In this document: piece by piece, positions 50,815 through 60,794 of the stretch
How the letters are laid out: every line of letters starts with the position of its first letter
Position numbering within the stretch: the stretch's first letter is position 1
NCBI RefSeq assembly: GCF_902826555.1
Contig: NZ_CADEFI010000001.1
Span: 136,971 to 200,970 of the forward strand
DNA from: an uncultured Hyphomicrobium sp.
Lineage (GTDB): Bacteria; Pseudomonadota; Alphaproteobacteria; Rhizobiales; Hyphomicrobiaceae
Direction of reading: 5' to 3'
DNA length: 64,000 bases
Made by a program: the position numbers and the translations under genes
Notes under the pieces: model-generated
Database searches by the model: none
The model's input: the letters and a program-made list of their open reading frames with translations, nothing else
Told to the model about the DNA's origin: nothing

Positions 50815-51639
50815 ATGACCGACCATCCTTCCGGCAAGACGCCGCCAAAGAGCGGTGACGACAGCGCCGCTCTTTCGGCCGGCCTCCAGCTGCTGGCGGC
50901 GGACGACAGCGCGCCGCTTAGAATTGGCGCGCGGCTCAGAAACTACTTCCTCACTGGGCTGATCATCGTGGGGCCCGTGACGCTCACGATTTACATCATC
51001 TGGTGGGTGATCAACGTCACGGATGCGTGGCTGAAGCCGTTCGTGCCGGTGGTCTACCTCCCCGATACGTACCTGCCGTTCGCGGTGCCGGGCATCGGGC
51101 TGTTGTTCGGTATCGTGTTCCTGACGCTCACGGGCGCACTGGCCGCCAACCTGCTCGGGCGGTCGCTGATCTCCTTCGGAGAGATGGCGCTCGACCGCAT
51201 GCCGATCGTGCGCAATGTCTACCGGGCGCTGAAGCAGTTTTTCGAGTCGCTCGTGTCGGCGACGGCGAGCAGCACGCAGCATGGCTTCCAGAAGGTCGGG
51301 CTAATCGAGTTTCCGTCCAAGGGATTGTGGTCGATCGTGTTCGTGACCGGCGAGACCAAGGGCGAGATCTCCGTTGTGCAACCCGGCGGGGAGGATGAGC
51401 TGCTCACCGTCTTCATGCCGACGGGCATCGTACCGCCGACGGGCTTCATCTGCTTCGTGCCGCGGCGTGATGTGACGTTCCTCAAGATGAGCGTCGAGGA
51501 TGCGGCGAAGATCGTCATCTCGGCGGGGATCGTGGTGCCGGACTACGAAGCGCGCCTGAAGCAGCTTGCGGAGCGTGCGGTGCGCACGGAGACGAAACGC
51601 CCGCCTGTCGTTACGCCACCGCCACCCTCGTCATCGTAA
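50815..51639 (+). CDS. DUF502 domain membrane protein
   Basis: RNYFLTGLIIVGPVTLTIYIIWWVI..., PGIGLLFGIV..., IPIVRNVY-like segments and TGIVPPTGF. Typical DUF502. Confidence 0.82.
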   Translation: MTDHPSGKTPPKSGDDSAALSAGLQLLAADDSAPLRIGARLRNYFLTGLIIVGPVTLTIYIIWWVINVTDAWLKPFVPVVYLPDTYLPFAVPGIGLLFGIVFLTLTGALAANLLGRSLISFGEMALDRMPIVRNVYRALKQFFESLVSATASSTQHGFQKVGLIEFPSKGLWSIVFVTGETKGEISVVQPGGEDELLTVFMPTGIVPPTGFICFVPRRDVTFLKMSVEDAAKIVISAGIVVPDYEARLKQLAERAVRTETKRPPVVTPPPPSSS

Positions 51640-51657
51640 TCCTGATTGCGACCGACG

Positions 51658-53772
51658 CTAGGCGGCGCGGAAGAGACGGATCGCCTCGTCGCACTCGAAA
51701 AGGTAGAGCAGACGCCGCAGCGCTTCGCCGCGCGCGGTGGTGAGGCTCGGGTCTGAGGCGAGGATCATGCGCGCGTCGTCGTGCGCCGCAGACAAGAGCT
51801 CGGCGTAGTTGGCTCCACCCGCGACGCGGAATTCGGCGTCGCCGCTCTGGCGGGCGCCCAGAACCTCGCCGCCGCCACGCAGCTCCAGGTCCTTCTCGGC
51901 GATCAGGAAGCCGTCCTCGGTCTCTTCCATCATGGCAAGGCGCTCCTGCGCGGTCTTCGTCAGGGGCTCGGCATGGAGTAGCATGCAGAAACTTTCGCGG
52001 CTGCCGCGGCCGACGCGTCCGCGCAACTGGTGGAGCTGGGCGAGGCCGAAACGCTCGGCGTGCTCGATGACCATGATGTTGGCGTTCGGGACGTTGACGC
52101 CCACCTCGATGACGGTGGTGGCAACGAGGACCTTGAGGTTGCCGTCGGCGAATGCGGCCATGGTGGCGTCCTTGGCAGCCGCATTCATGCCGCCGTGCAA
52201 GAGGCCGACGCCCTCGCCCAGCACCTGTGTGAGATGGGCGTGGCGCTCCTCGGCGGCGGCGAGATCGGAGACGTCCGAGCTTTCGATCAGCGGGCAGACC
52301 CAGTAGACCTGAGCGCCTTCCGCCAGTTGCGCCTTGATGCGTGCGATCAGCTTCTCGATGAGGGTGTTCGAGATCTGTTTGGTGACGATCGGTTTGCGGC
52401 CGGCCGGCTTCTCGGTGAGCTTTGAAACCTCGAGGTCGCCGTAATGCGTCATGAGCAGCGTGCGCGGGATCGGCGTCGCCGTCATCACCAGCATGTTGGC
52501 GCCGCCGTCGCCGCCCTTGGTCTGCAGCGCCAGGCGCTGGTGGACGCCGAAGCGGTGCTGCTCGTCGATGACGGCGAAGGCGAGATCATGAAATACGACG
52601 TCGTCCTGAAAGAGCGCGTGGGTGCCGATCAGGATGTCGATCTCGCCGGATGCGAGGCGGCCCAGAAGCTCGTCGCGCGGGCGGCCTTTCTCGCGACCCG
52701 TCAAGAGGCCGACGCGCAACCCCGCGGCATCGGCAAGGGGGGCGATGGTTTCGGCGTGCTGGCGGGCCAGAACTTCGGTCGGTGCCATGAGGGCGGCCTG
52801 GGCGCCCGCTTCGACCGCGGTCGTCATGGCGAGGAGCGCGACCACGGTCTTGCCGGAGCCGACGTCGCCCTGCAGCAGGCGCAGCATGCGGCGCGGTGCG
52901 CCCATGTCGGCTTCGATCTCCTTCAGGGCGGTGCGCTGAGAGTTCGTCAGCGAGAAGGGAAGGGCCGTGGCGATACGCTCGCGCAGCCGTCCGTCGCCTT
53001 TCACGGGACGGCCGCGCTGGGCCTTGAAGCTTTCGCGCACAATGCCGAGCGCGAGCTGATTGGCCAGCAGCTCGTCGTAGGCGAGGCGCTGCAGAGGCGT
53101 GCTGCCGGCCGAAACGTCGGCGGCATCGTCGGGATGGTGGAGACGGCGCAGGGCGTCATGGAACGATGGCCATCCGCGCTCTTTCAGCCAAGGCGCATTC
53201 TGCCATTCGGAGAGAACGGGCGCGCGGTCGAGCGCCTGCCGCTCCGCCTTGAGCAACACCTTTCCGGAAAGCCCCGCGGTCATGGGGTAGACGGGTTCGA
53301 GCAGCGGCAGGTCGGCCCTGGCCTCGGGGGCGACGATGTAGTCGGGATGCGCCATCTGCAACGTCTCGCCGTAGCGCTCGACACGGCCCGAGACGTAGCG
53401 CTCCTCGCCGACCGGCAACTGACGCTCGACGAACGAGCGTTGGGCGCGGAAGAAGACGAGGTCGAGGCGGCCGGTCTCGTCCTCGGTCGCAACCTTGTAG
53501 GGCGCCTTGGTGTTACCGCGCGGCGGGGCCTTGTGCTTCAGGATCCTGACCTTGAGCGTGGCGATGGTGCCGGGGATGGCCGCGGCGACGGTCGGCTCGG
53601 CCCGGCGGTCGATGACACCGGTCGGCAGGTGCCACAGCAGGTCGATGACGCGCGGCTGGGTGATGCCGGGCGGCATGCGCAGGGCCTTCTTGAGGAGGGT
53701 CATGACGTGGGGGCCGACGCCCTTGAGGACATCGGCCGACGCAAACAGGGGGGTTAGCTCTGGGGGCCGCAT
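51658..53772 (-). CDS. recG: ATP-dependent DNA helicase RecG
   Basis: 704 aa. Wedge domain plus SF2 helicase motifs GDVGSGKT, DEQHRFG and MTATPIPRT. Confidence 0.95.
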   Translation of the reverse strand: MRPPELTPLFASADVLKGVGPHVMTLLKKALRMPPGITQPRVIDLLWHLPTGVIDRRAEPTVAAAIPGTIATLKVRILKHKAPPRGNTKAPYKVATEDETGRLDLVFFRAQRSFVERQLPVGEERYVSGRVERYGETLQMAHPDYIVAPEARADLPLLEPVYPMTAGLSGKVLLKAERQALDRAPVLSEWQNAPWLKERGWPSFHDALRRLHHPDDAADVSAGSTPLQRLAYDELLANQLALGIVRESFKAQRGRPVKGDGRLRERIATALPFSLTNSQRTALKEIEADMGAPRRMLRLLQGDVGSGKTVVALLAMTTAVEAGAQAALMAPTEVLARQHAETIAPLADAAGLRVGLLTGREKGRPRDELLGRLASGEIDILIGTHALFQDDVVFHDLAFAVIDEQHRFGVHQRLALQTKGGDGGANMLVMTATPIPRTLLMTHYGDLEVSKLTEKPAGRKPIVTKQISNTLIEKLIARIKAQLAEGAQVYWVCPLIESSDVSDLAAAEERHAHLTQVLGEGVGLLHGGMNAAAKDATMAAFADGNLKVLVATTVIEVGVNVPNANIMVIEHAERFGLAQLHQLRGRVGRGSRESFCMLLHAEPLTKTAQERLAMMEETEDGFLIAEKDLELRGGGEVLGARQSGDAEFRVAGGANYAELLSAAHDDARMILASDPSLTTARGEALRRLLYLFECDEAIRLFRAA

Positions 53773-54006
53773 GATCGTCCGGAGAACTGCCGTTGCTTGT
53801 GGACTGGCCTCGAGCGCACCTGCGGCGACGCGGAATCTGCAATTGCTCTTCCGGCGGGCTGACAGAGCCCGTGGAGGGCGCTATATGACACCTCACGACG
53901 GGCTTGGCAAAGCGCCGCCCGTCTGTTTTCGCTTCTATCGTGCTTCAGGCCGGAAAATCGCTTGGCCTTTTTCCGGAAGCACTCAGGCCCGAAACGGTTT
54001 TCCGTC

Positions 54007-54270
54007 ATGAGCGAGGATATCGAAGTCCGGCGCAAGCGCGCGGCGTGGCGCGCCGGGCACCGGGGCACCAAGGAGCTCGACCTTCTGGTCGGGCGTTTTG
54101 CGGACGCGCACCTTGCCGGCATGTCGGACGCCGATCTTTCGCGCTTCGAGCAATTCCTGGCGGTGACCGATCCCGAGCTCCAGTCGTGGCTGCTTGGGCC
54201 TTCGCGTGAGTCGGCAGGCGAGTTCTCGGATGTGGTGGCCGACATTCGCAAGTTTCACGGGCTCGTTTGA
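54007..54270 (+). CDS. sdhE: FAD assembly factor SdhE (succinate dehydrogenase assembly factor 2 family)
   Basis: MSEDIEVRRKRAAWRAGHRGTKELDLLVGRFADAHL...FEQFLAVTDPEL. Contains the conserved RGxxE motif of SdhE/Sdh5. Conserved position upstream of mfd. Confidence 0.82.
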   Translation: MSEDIEVRRKRAAWRAGHRGTKELDLLVGRFADAHLAGMSDADLSRFEQFLAVTDPELQSWLLGPSRESAGEFSDVVADIRKFHGLV

Positions 54271-54300
54271 GCGGCGGGCATAACGAGGACGACACTTTCC

Positions 54301-57300
54301 ATGAGCGAGCGGGCGGATCTCATCTTTACGGGCGTGCCGGAGGGGCTCGATGCCCTGGTGCTCGCGCGCCTCGTCGAGGAGGCGGCCGACGGGGCGAAGT
54401 CCGGCATCCTGGTGCACGTCGCGCGCGACGACCGGCGTCTCGAGGCGCTCGAAGGGCAGCTCCGCTTTTTTGCGCCCAAGGTGCGCGTGGTGCCGTTCCC
54501 GGCCTGGGATACGGTGCCGTACGACCGCGTCAGTCCCAATGCGGAGATCGTGGCTAAGCGGATCACGGCTCTCTCGCGGCTGGCGCTCTCCAGCCGCAGC
54601 GAGCCGCTGGTGGTGCTGACGACTGTCAACGCAGCTTTGCAGCGCGTACTGCCGCGGGCGTTCATCCGCAATGCGATGAAGAGCATCGCCCCCGGACAGC
54701 GGGTGGACCTCAACCGGCTCGTCGCACGGCTGTCGCTGGCCGGCTATACGCGAACCGGCACGGTGATGGAGCAGGGCGAGTTTGCGGTGCGCGGCGGCAT
54801 CCTCGATCTCTTTCCGCCGGGGCGGCAGAATCCGGTCCGGCTCGATTTCTTCGGCGACACGCTGGAGAGCATCAAGGGGTTCGACGCAGAGACGCAGCGG
54901 ACGGCGAAGCCCTTGCGCAAGCTGGTGCTGATGCCGGTTTCGGAGGTGGCATTCGGCGAGGCGGCGACGGCGCTTTTCCGCTCGCGCTACGTTGAATTGT
55001 TCGGCGGCGCGACGGGAGACGATCCGCTGTACGAGGCGGTCAGCCATGGCAGCCGCTACTCGGGGCAGGAGCATTGGCTGCCGCTGTTCCACGACACGCT
55101 CGAGACGCTGCTCGACTATATGGGTGATGCGGCCATCAGCTTCGACCACCTCGTGGATGACGCCGTCAAGAGCCGCTTCGAGCAGGTGTCGGAGCATTAT
55201 CTCGCGCGCACGGAAGGGCTCGAGTCCGAGCGTTTCGGCGCGCCGCCCTACAAGCCGGTGCCGCCGGACAGCCTGTTTCTCGACGCGGAAGCATGGAAGA
55301 AGGCGCTCGCGCCGCACAAGGTCGTGAGGCTGACGCCGTTCGAGATGGCCGACGGTGACGGCATCCGTCCCTGGCGCGGAAAAATGGGGCGCTCGTTCGC
55401 GGCCGAGCGGCAGAACCCGGACTCCAACGTGTTCGATGCCGTAGTTGCACATGTGAAGCAGGTTCAGGCCTCGCATCGGCGGGTGATCGTGGCGGCGTGG
55501 ACGCAGGGAGCGCGCGAGCGGCTTTCCTCTCTTCTGTCGGATCATGGGCTCAAGGCGCAGGCGAAGGTCGAGGGCTATGCCGATGCGCTGGCGCTCGAAC
55601 CCGGCGTGACGGCGCTCGCCGTGCTCGGCCTCGAGCAAGGGTTCGAGACGCCGGAGCTGGCGGTCGTCGCCGAGCAGGACGTTCTCGGCGACCGGCTCGT
55701 GCGTCCGCGTCGCAAGGCCAAGCGTGCGGCGGACGTGCTGACGGAGGCGACGAGCCTCTCCGTCGGCGACCTCGTCGTGCATGCGGATCACGGCATCGGC
55801 CGGTTCCATGGCCTCAAGACCATCACGGCGCTCGGCGCGCCGCATGATTGTCTCGAGCTCAAGTATGCGGGCGGCGACACGCTCTATCTGCCGGTCGAGA
55901 ACATCGAGCTTTTGTCGCGCTACGGCTCGCACGACGGAGATACCCAGCTCGACAAGCTTGGCGGCGTAGCGTGGCAGTCGCGCAAGGCACGGCTCAAGAA
56001 GCGCCTGCGCGAGATGGCCTCCGAGCTGATCAAGATTGCGGCGCTGCGTCAGCTTCGGGAAGCACCCGTGCTGGCGCCGCCACACGGCTCCTACGACGAG
56101 TTCGTGGCCCGCTTCCCGTACGAGGAGACGGAAGATCAGGCGGCGAGTATCGATGCGGTGCTCGGGGATCTGCAGTCGGGGCGACCGATGGACCGGCTGG
56201 TTTGCGGCGACGTGGGCTTCGGCAAGACCGAGGTGGCGCTGCGGGCGGCGTTCGTCGCGGCGATGAACGGTCTGCAGGTGGCGATCGTGGTGCCGACGAC
56301 GCTACTCGCGCGGCAGCATTCGCGCACGGTCAACGAGCGCTTCAAGGGACTGCCGATCAAGACGGCGCAGGCCTCGCGTCTCGTCGCCGCCAAGGATCTC
56401 ACCGAGGTGAAAGACGGACTCAAGAACGGTACGGTCGATGTGGTGGTGGGGACGCATGCCCTGCTCGGCAAGCAGATCCAGTTCCAGCGATTGGGGTTGC
56501 TCGTCATCGACGAGGAGCAGCACTTCGGCGTCACCCACAAGGAGCGCCTGAAGCAGCTGCGCGAGGACGTGCATGTTCTGACGCTGTCGGCGACGCCCAT
56601 TCCGCGCACACTGCAGCTGGCGCTGACCGGCGTGCGGGAGCTGTCGCTGATCACGACGCCGCCGGTCGACCGGCTCGCCGTGCGCACGTACATCTCCGAG
56701 TTCGATCCCGTCATTCTGATCGACGCCTTGAAGCGCGAGCGGGACCGTGGCGGGCAGACCTACTACGTGGCGCCGCGAATCTCCGATCTCGACGAGGTGG
56801 CCGAGTTCCTGGCCGAGGCGGTGCCGCATCTCAAGGTGGCGCGGGCCCACGGGCAGCTGGCACCATCCGAGCTCGAGGACATCATGACGGCGTTCTACGA
56901 GGGGCAGTACGACGTGCTGCTTTCGACGGCTATCGTCGAGTCCGGCCTCGACGTGCCGAACGCCAATACGCTGATCGTGCACCGGGCCGACATGTTCGGG
57001 CTGGCGCAGCTCTATCAGCTGCGCGGGCGCGTCGGGCGCTCGAAGCGGCGCGCGTATGCCTATTTCACCACACCGCCGGGTCAGGCGCTGACGGAAGGCG
57101 CGGAGAAGCGGCTCAAGGTGCTGCAGTCGCTCGACACGCTCGGGGCCGGGTTCTCGCTTGCCTCTCACGATCTCGACATTCGTGGCGCGGGCAATCTGCT
57201 CGGTGAGGAGCAATCCGGGCATATCCGCGAGGTGGGCTTCGAGCTTTATCAGTCGATGCTGGAGGAGGCGGTCGCGGCCATGAAGGGCGGCGATCTCGGT

Positions 57301-57780
57301 GAAGCGGACGACAGGTGGAGCCCCGAAATCGCCATCGGCCTCTCGGTGCTGATCCCGGAGACCTATGTCGCCGACCTGCAACTTCGGCTCGGGCTCTACC
57401 GGCGGCTTTCGGCGCTCGAGACACGGGCCGACATCGACTCGTTTGCGGCCGAGCTGGTGGATCGCTTCGGCGAGCTACCGGCGGAGGTCGATCACCTGCT
57501 CGACGTGATGGAGATCAAAGGCCTGTGCCGGGCGGCCGGCATCGCCAAGGTGGACGCCGGGCCGAAAGGTGCCGTCGTCAGCTTCCATCGCAACGCATTT
57601 CCCAATCCGCAGGGGCTTGCGCAGTTCCTGCAGGCCTCACGCGGGCTCGCGAAGCTGCAGCCCGATCACAAGCTCGTCTTCCGGGGTGAGTGGGATCAGC
57701 CCGAGACGCGATTCAAGGGTGTGCGCGGTCTGGTGGCCGCGCTGGCTGAGATTGCCGCCAAAGGCGCCAAGGCTGCCTAA
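54301..57780 (+). CDS. mfd: Transcription-repair coupling factor
   Basis: 1159 aa. UvrB-homology N-terminus, RNAP-interaction domain, and helicase motifs GDVGFGKTEVA, DEEQHFGV and LSATPIPRTL. Confidence 0.96.
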   Translation: MSERADLIFTGVPEGLDALVLARLVEEAADGAKSGILVHVARDDRRLEALEGQLRFFAPKVRVVPFPAWDTVPYDRVSPNAEIVAKRITALSRLALSSRSEPLVVLTTVNAALQRVLPRAFIRNAMKSIAPGQRVDLNRLVARLSLAGYTRTGTVMEQGEFAVRGGILDLFPPGRQNPVRLDFFGDTLESIKGFDAETQRTAKPLRKLVLMPVSEVAFGEAATALFRSRYVELFGGATGDDPLYEAVSHGSRYSGQEHWLPLFHDTLETLLDYMGDAAISFDHLVDDAVKSRFEQVSEHYLARTEGLESERFGAPPYKPVPPDSLFLDAEAWKKALAPHKVVRLTPFEMADGDGIRPWRGKMGRSFAAERQNPDSNVFDAVVAHVKQVQASHRRVIVAAWTQGARERLSSLLSDHGLKAQAKVEGYADALALEPGVTALAVLGLEQGFETPELAVVAEQDVLGDRLVRPRRKAKRAADVLTEATSLSVGDLVVHADHGIGRFHGLKTITALGAPHDCLELKYAGGDTLYLPVENIELLSRYGSHDGDTQLDKLGGVAWQSRKARLKKRLREMASELIKIAALRQLREAPVLAPPHGSYDEFVARFPYEETEDQAASIDAVLGDLQSGRPMDRLVCGDVGFGKTEVALRAAFVAAMNGLQVAIVVPTTLLARQHSRTVNERFKGLPIKTAQASRLVAAKDLTEVKDGLKNGTVDVVVGTHALLGKQIQFQRLGLLVIDEEQHFGVTHKERLKQLREDVHVLTLSATPIPRTLQLALTGVRELSLITTPPVDRLAVRTYISEFDPVILIDALKRERDRGGQTYYVAPRISDLDEVAEFLAEAVPHLKVARAHGQLAPSELEDIMTAFYEGQYDVLLSTAIVESGLDVPNANTLIVHRADMFGLAQLYQLRGRVGRSKRRAYAYFTTPPGQALTEGAEKRLKVLQSLDTLGAGFSLASHDLDIRGAGNLLGEEQSGHIREVGFELYQSMLEEAVAAMKGGDLGEADDRWSPEIAIGLSVLIPETYVADLQLRLGLYRRLSALETRADIDSFAAELVDRFGELPAEVDHLLDVMEIKGLCRAAGIAKVDAGPKGAVVSFHRNAFPNPQGLAQFLQASRGLAKLQPDHKLVFRGEWDQPETRFKGVRGLVAALAEIAAKGAKAA

Positions 57781-57895
57781 GTGCGGACGGCGGCACGGCG
57801 ACGTTCCGTCCAGCGACTATTTGGGCCGGGTGGTCCGAGGGTCTATAGTTTCCAAGCGATTCGATGCGTGCGCGTCCGAGGTGGGGAAACGCGGC

Positions 57896-58705
57896 ATGAA
57901 GGCCATCGCGCTTGCGATCGGGATTGCGACTGTCGTTCTAGCCGCTGGCACACCCGTGCGTGCCGATCCGTCTTCGGGGTTTGCGGGCGGCTACGTGGGT
58001 GTCAATGCGGGTGTCGCGCGCGGCTCGTCAAACTTCGGTACGGATCCCGGCTGCGTGCCGGTGGGCGCGAACGGGACATTCTGCGAACAGTCGAGCACGT
58101 CGTCCGTAAACGGCACCCACGTTGCGAGAAGCGGATCAGGGGATCTCTCGGACAGCGGATTCACCGGGGGCATTCAAGGCGGCTACAACTGGCAATCCGG
58201 CAGCATCGTGTTTGGCGGCGAAGCTGATTTCGGCGCGTTGGATCTCGGCAAGTCCATTGATCGGGCCGGCGTGTTTCCGTTCCCGTTCCTCGGCACGACG
58301 TACGCGCTGGGCGAGAGCATGTCGACGGATTGGCTCGTCACGCTGCGGGGCAAGCTTGGCTATGTGGCCGCGCCGCAGCTTCTGCTCTATGCGACGGCCG
58401 GCGTCGCCTTCACCGAACTCGACTTCTCAAGCAGCTATAGCGACAACGCGGTCGACGTGACCTTTCCGGGCGGTGCCGGATCGGGCAGCAGCTCCGATGT
58501 CCTGACCGGATGGACCGTCGGCGGCGGCGGCGAGTGGAAGCTCGACGAGCGCTGGTCGATCAAGGCGGAGTATCTCTATCTCGATTTCGGCTCGATGACT
58601 GTCGCCGTTCCGGTCAGCAATACCGCCGCTTTCGCGCAGACGATGCGCGTCGATGCCGATCTCGATATCCACCTCGCGCGCATCGGCCTCAACTATCGCT
58701 ATTAA
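57896..58705 (+). CDS. Outer-membrane beta-barrel protein (Omp25/Omp31/RopB-like porin family)
   Basis: Signal peptide MKAIALAIGIATVVLAAGTPVRA, alternating beta-strand pattern, and the C-terminal ...ARIGLNYRY with a terminal aromatic residue. Confidence 0.85.
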   Translation: MKAIALAIGIATVVLAAGTPVRADPSSGFAGGYVGVNAGVARGSSNFGTDPGCVPVGANGTFCEQSSTSSVNGTHVARSGSGDLSDSGFTGGIQGGYNWQSGSIVFGGEADFGALDLGKSIDRAGVFPFPFLGTTYALGESMSTDWLVTLRGKLGYVAAPQLLLYATAGVAFTELDFSSSYSDNAVDVTFPGGAGSGSSSDVLTGWTVGGGGEWKLDERWSIKAEYLYLDFGSMTVAVPVSNTAAFAQTMRVDADLDIHLARIGLNYRY

Positions 58706-58714
58706 GCGGCGCGA

Positions 58715-59053
58715 CTAGACGCGGGCGCGCCGGGCGTGACCCTTGGCAATCGGGGGCTCCTCGCCGCCGAAAGCGATTTTCGCGACGCGGATGGCCTGGT
58801 GATAGACAAGCGGGAAGATGACGATCAGGAATGCGCCGATGTATTGCAGGTCGCGCAAGTCGGTCTGGTAGCCTCGGTGAAAGACCAGGATGCCGGAGAC
58901 GAAGCCCGCAGCGCAGAGTAGCGTCACCAGGACGGAATGGAGATGGTGGGAGACCACATACCAGCCGCCGATCAGAGCCAGCAGCGCGAAGGCTCCCAAT
59001 GCCGTCAGAATGACCGGGTGATCGACGAGATACTGCGTAAGCTCTTGAAGCAT
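58715..59053 (-). CDS. Small hypothetical membrane protein (3 predicted TM helices)
   Basis: ATG at 59053 with a GAGGG SD. 112 aa, hydrophobic throughout. No family recognised. Confidence 0.55.
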   Translation of the reverse strand: MLQELTQYLVDHPVILTALGAFALLALIGGWYVVSHHLHSVLVTLLCAAGFVSGILVFHRGYQTDLRDLQYIGAFLIVIFPLVYHQAIRVAKIAFGGEEPPIAKGHARRARV

Positions 59054-59202
59054 CGAAAGACCCTCATACGCAATTGATTTGGTTGCCGCTTTGAAGCCGT
59101 CGAAAAAACGGCTCGGCGTGACCGCTTTCCTAGCCTTTCCGCTCGTGTCCCGCCAGATGGTGCGATCACTTCCATGGGGATGCGAGGCGCGTCTGCCGCA
59201 GT

Positions 59203-60750
59203 CTAGGACGCGGGCGGCATCGAAGCCAGGGCCGTGCGCTTGATCTTGCCGTTGGCGGTGCGCGGAAGCTGGTCCAGAAAGCGGATTTCCCGGGGCATTT
59301 TGTACGCTGCGAGGCGTTCCGCGGCGAAGGCGAGTATTTCCGCGCCGTTGGGGCGTGCACCGCTCTTGAGCACAACGAAGGCGCCGACGACATGCACATC
59401 CGGGCGCACGGCGACTTCGGCGCAGGCGACCTCGGCGATATCGGGGTGAGCGGCGAGCGCAGCTTCCACCTCCATCGGAGAGACGCGGTAGCCGAGCGCT
59501 TTCATGACCTCGTTGTTGCGTCCGACATGGGTGATGTAGCCTTCGGCATCCATGCGTCCAATATCGCCGCCGGTGAACCAGTCGCCGCGGACGACCTCGG
59601 CTTCTTCGGCGGGGCGGTTCCAGTAGCCAAGCATGAGACCCGGGTCCGAGCGGTGGACGGCGATCAGTCCTTCGCTTCCGGGCGGCAACGGTACGTCGGC
59701 GCCGTCCACGGGCAGGATGGCGACGCGGCGACCGGCCTGGGCCTTGCCGACGGTGCCGGGCTTACGTGGCACGCCGGGGGCGGTCGATATGTAAGTCGAG
59801 ATCTCGCTCATGCCCAAGCCTTCGTAGAGCGCCCGGCCCGTCGCGGCCGTCCAATCGTCGAACAGGCTTGGCGGCGGGGCCTCGCCCGCCATCAACGCAT
59901 GGCGTAGCGTGGGCATCGCCGCGGGTGCGAGCGGCGCGTATTTCAACATCTGACGGAAGAGGCCGGGGACGGCGGCGAACAGCGTCGCGCCGGTCTTTTC
60001 GATGAGCTTCGGCCAGAGCGTTGGCTCTTTCTCGCCGGTGTAGATGAGGGCGGTGGCGCCGTTGGCCCAGGGATCGGTGAGGCCGACACCAAGGGTGAAG
60101 GTCCAATTGAAGGCGCCGGCGTGCAACACGCGGTCGTCCATGCTCATTCCATACCAGCCCCGGTACATCGGGCGGCGACCGAGGGCCGCGCGCTGGGCAT
60201 GCAGCACGCCTTTCGGATTTGCCGTCGTGCCGGATGTGTAGATGAGGAAGGCGGGCGCCTCGGCGCGTGTCGGGGCGTAGTCGATGCGGGGGCCGTCACG
60301 CATCATGCGGGCGACGTCGTCCGGTGAGAGGGCAATCGGTGTATGGGCGAGTGTGCGCGTATCGATCGAAGCCGCGCTGGCGACGGCGGCCGCACCGCTG
60401 TCGGCGAGCAGAAAAAGCGCCTCGCGGTCGGTGAGCAGGCTCGAAGCCGGGAGCGCGACGAGCCCTGCTGCGATGGCCGCGAAGAAGAGAATGGCGTAGG
60501 CGCTCGTGTTATCGAGGCGGATCATCACGCGGTCGCCTTCCGAAAGCCCCAAGGCGCGCAGCGCTCCGGCGGTGCGCAGCACCGCGTCCTCGAGATCGGC
60601 GTAGGTCCAGATCTCGGATGGGGATTGCGCGCTCGCATCGCCGATGACGATAAGGGCCGGCTTTGCAGGCGTTGCGGCGGCACCGCCCGCGATGCAATAG
60701 CGGGCCATGTTGAAGGGCGGATTCTCGGTGGGCGTCAGAAGCAGCGTCAT
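59203..60750 (-). CDS. AMP-dependent synthetase/ligase (acyl-CoA synthetase family), substrate unknown
   Basis: Start at MTLLLTPTENPPFNMARY. AMP-binding signature FLIYTSGTTANPKGV, later GDWFTGGDIG and the C-terminal PRTANGKIKR. Confidence 0.88.
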   Translation of the reverse strand: MTLLLTPTENPPFNMARYCIAGGAAATPAKPALIVIGDASAQSPSEIWTYADLEDAVLRTAGALRALGLSEGDRVMIRLDNTSAYAILFFAAIAAGLVALPASSLLTDREALFLLADSGAAAVASAASIDTRTLAHTPIALSPDDVARMMRDGPRIDYAPTRAEAPAFLIYTSGTTANPKGVLHAQRAALGRRPMYRGWYGMSMDDRVLHAGAFNWTFTLGVGLTDPWANGATALIYTGEKEPTLWPKLIEKTGATLFAAVPGLFRQMLKYAPLAPAAMPTLRHALMAGEAPPPSLFDDWTAATGRALYEGLGMSEISTYISTAPGVPRKPGTVGKAQAGRRVAILPVDGADVPLPPGSEGLIAVHRSDPGLMLGYWNRPAEEAEVVRGDWFTGGDIGRMDAEGYITHVGRNNEVMKALGYRVSPMEVEAALAAHPDIAEVACAEVAVRPDVHVVGAFVVLKSGARPNGAEILAFAAERLAAYKMPREIRFLDQLPRTANGKIKRTALASMPPAS

Positions 60751-60794
60751 TGGGCTTGCGGCGGCGATAGCTCGATGCGGGGTCTGTTCATGTG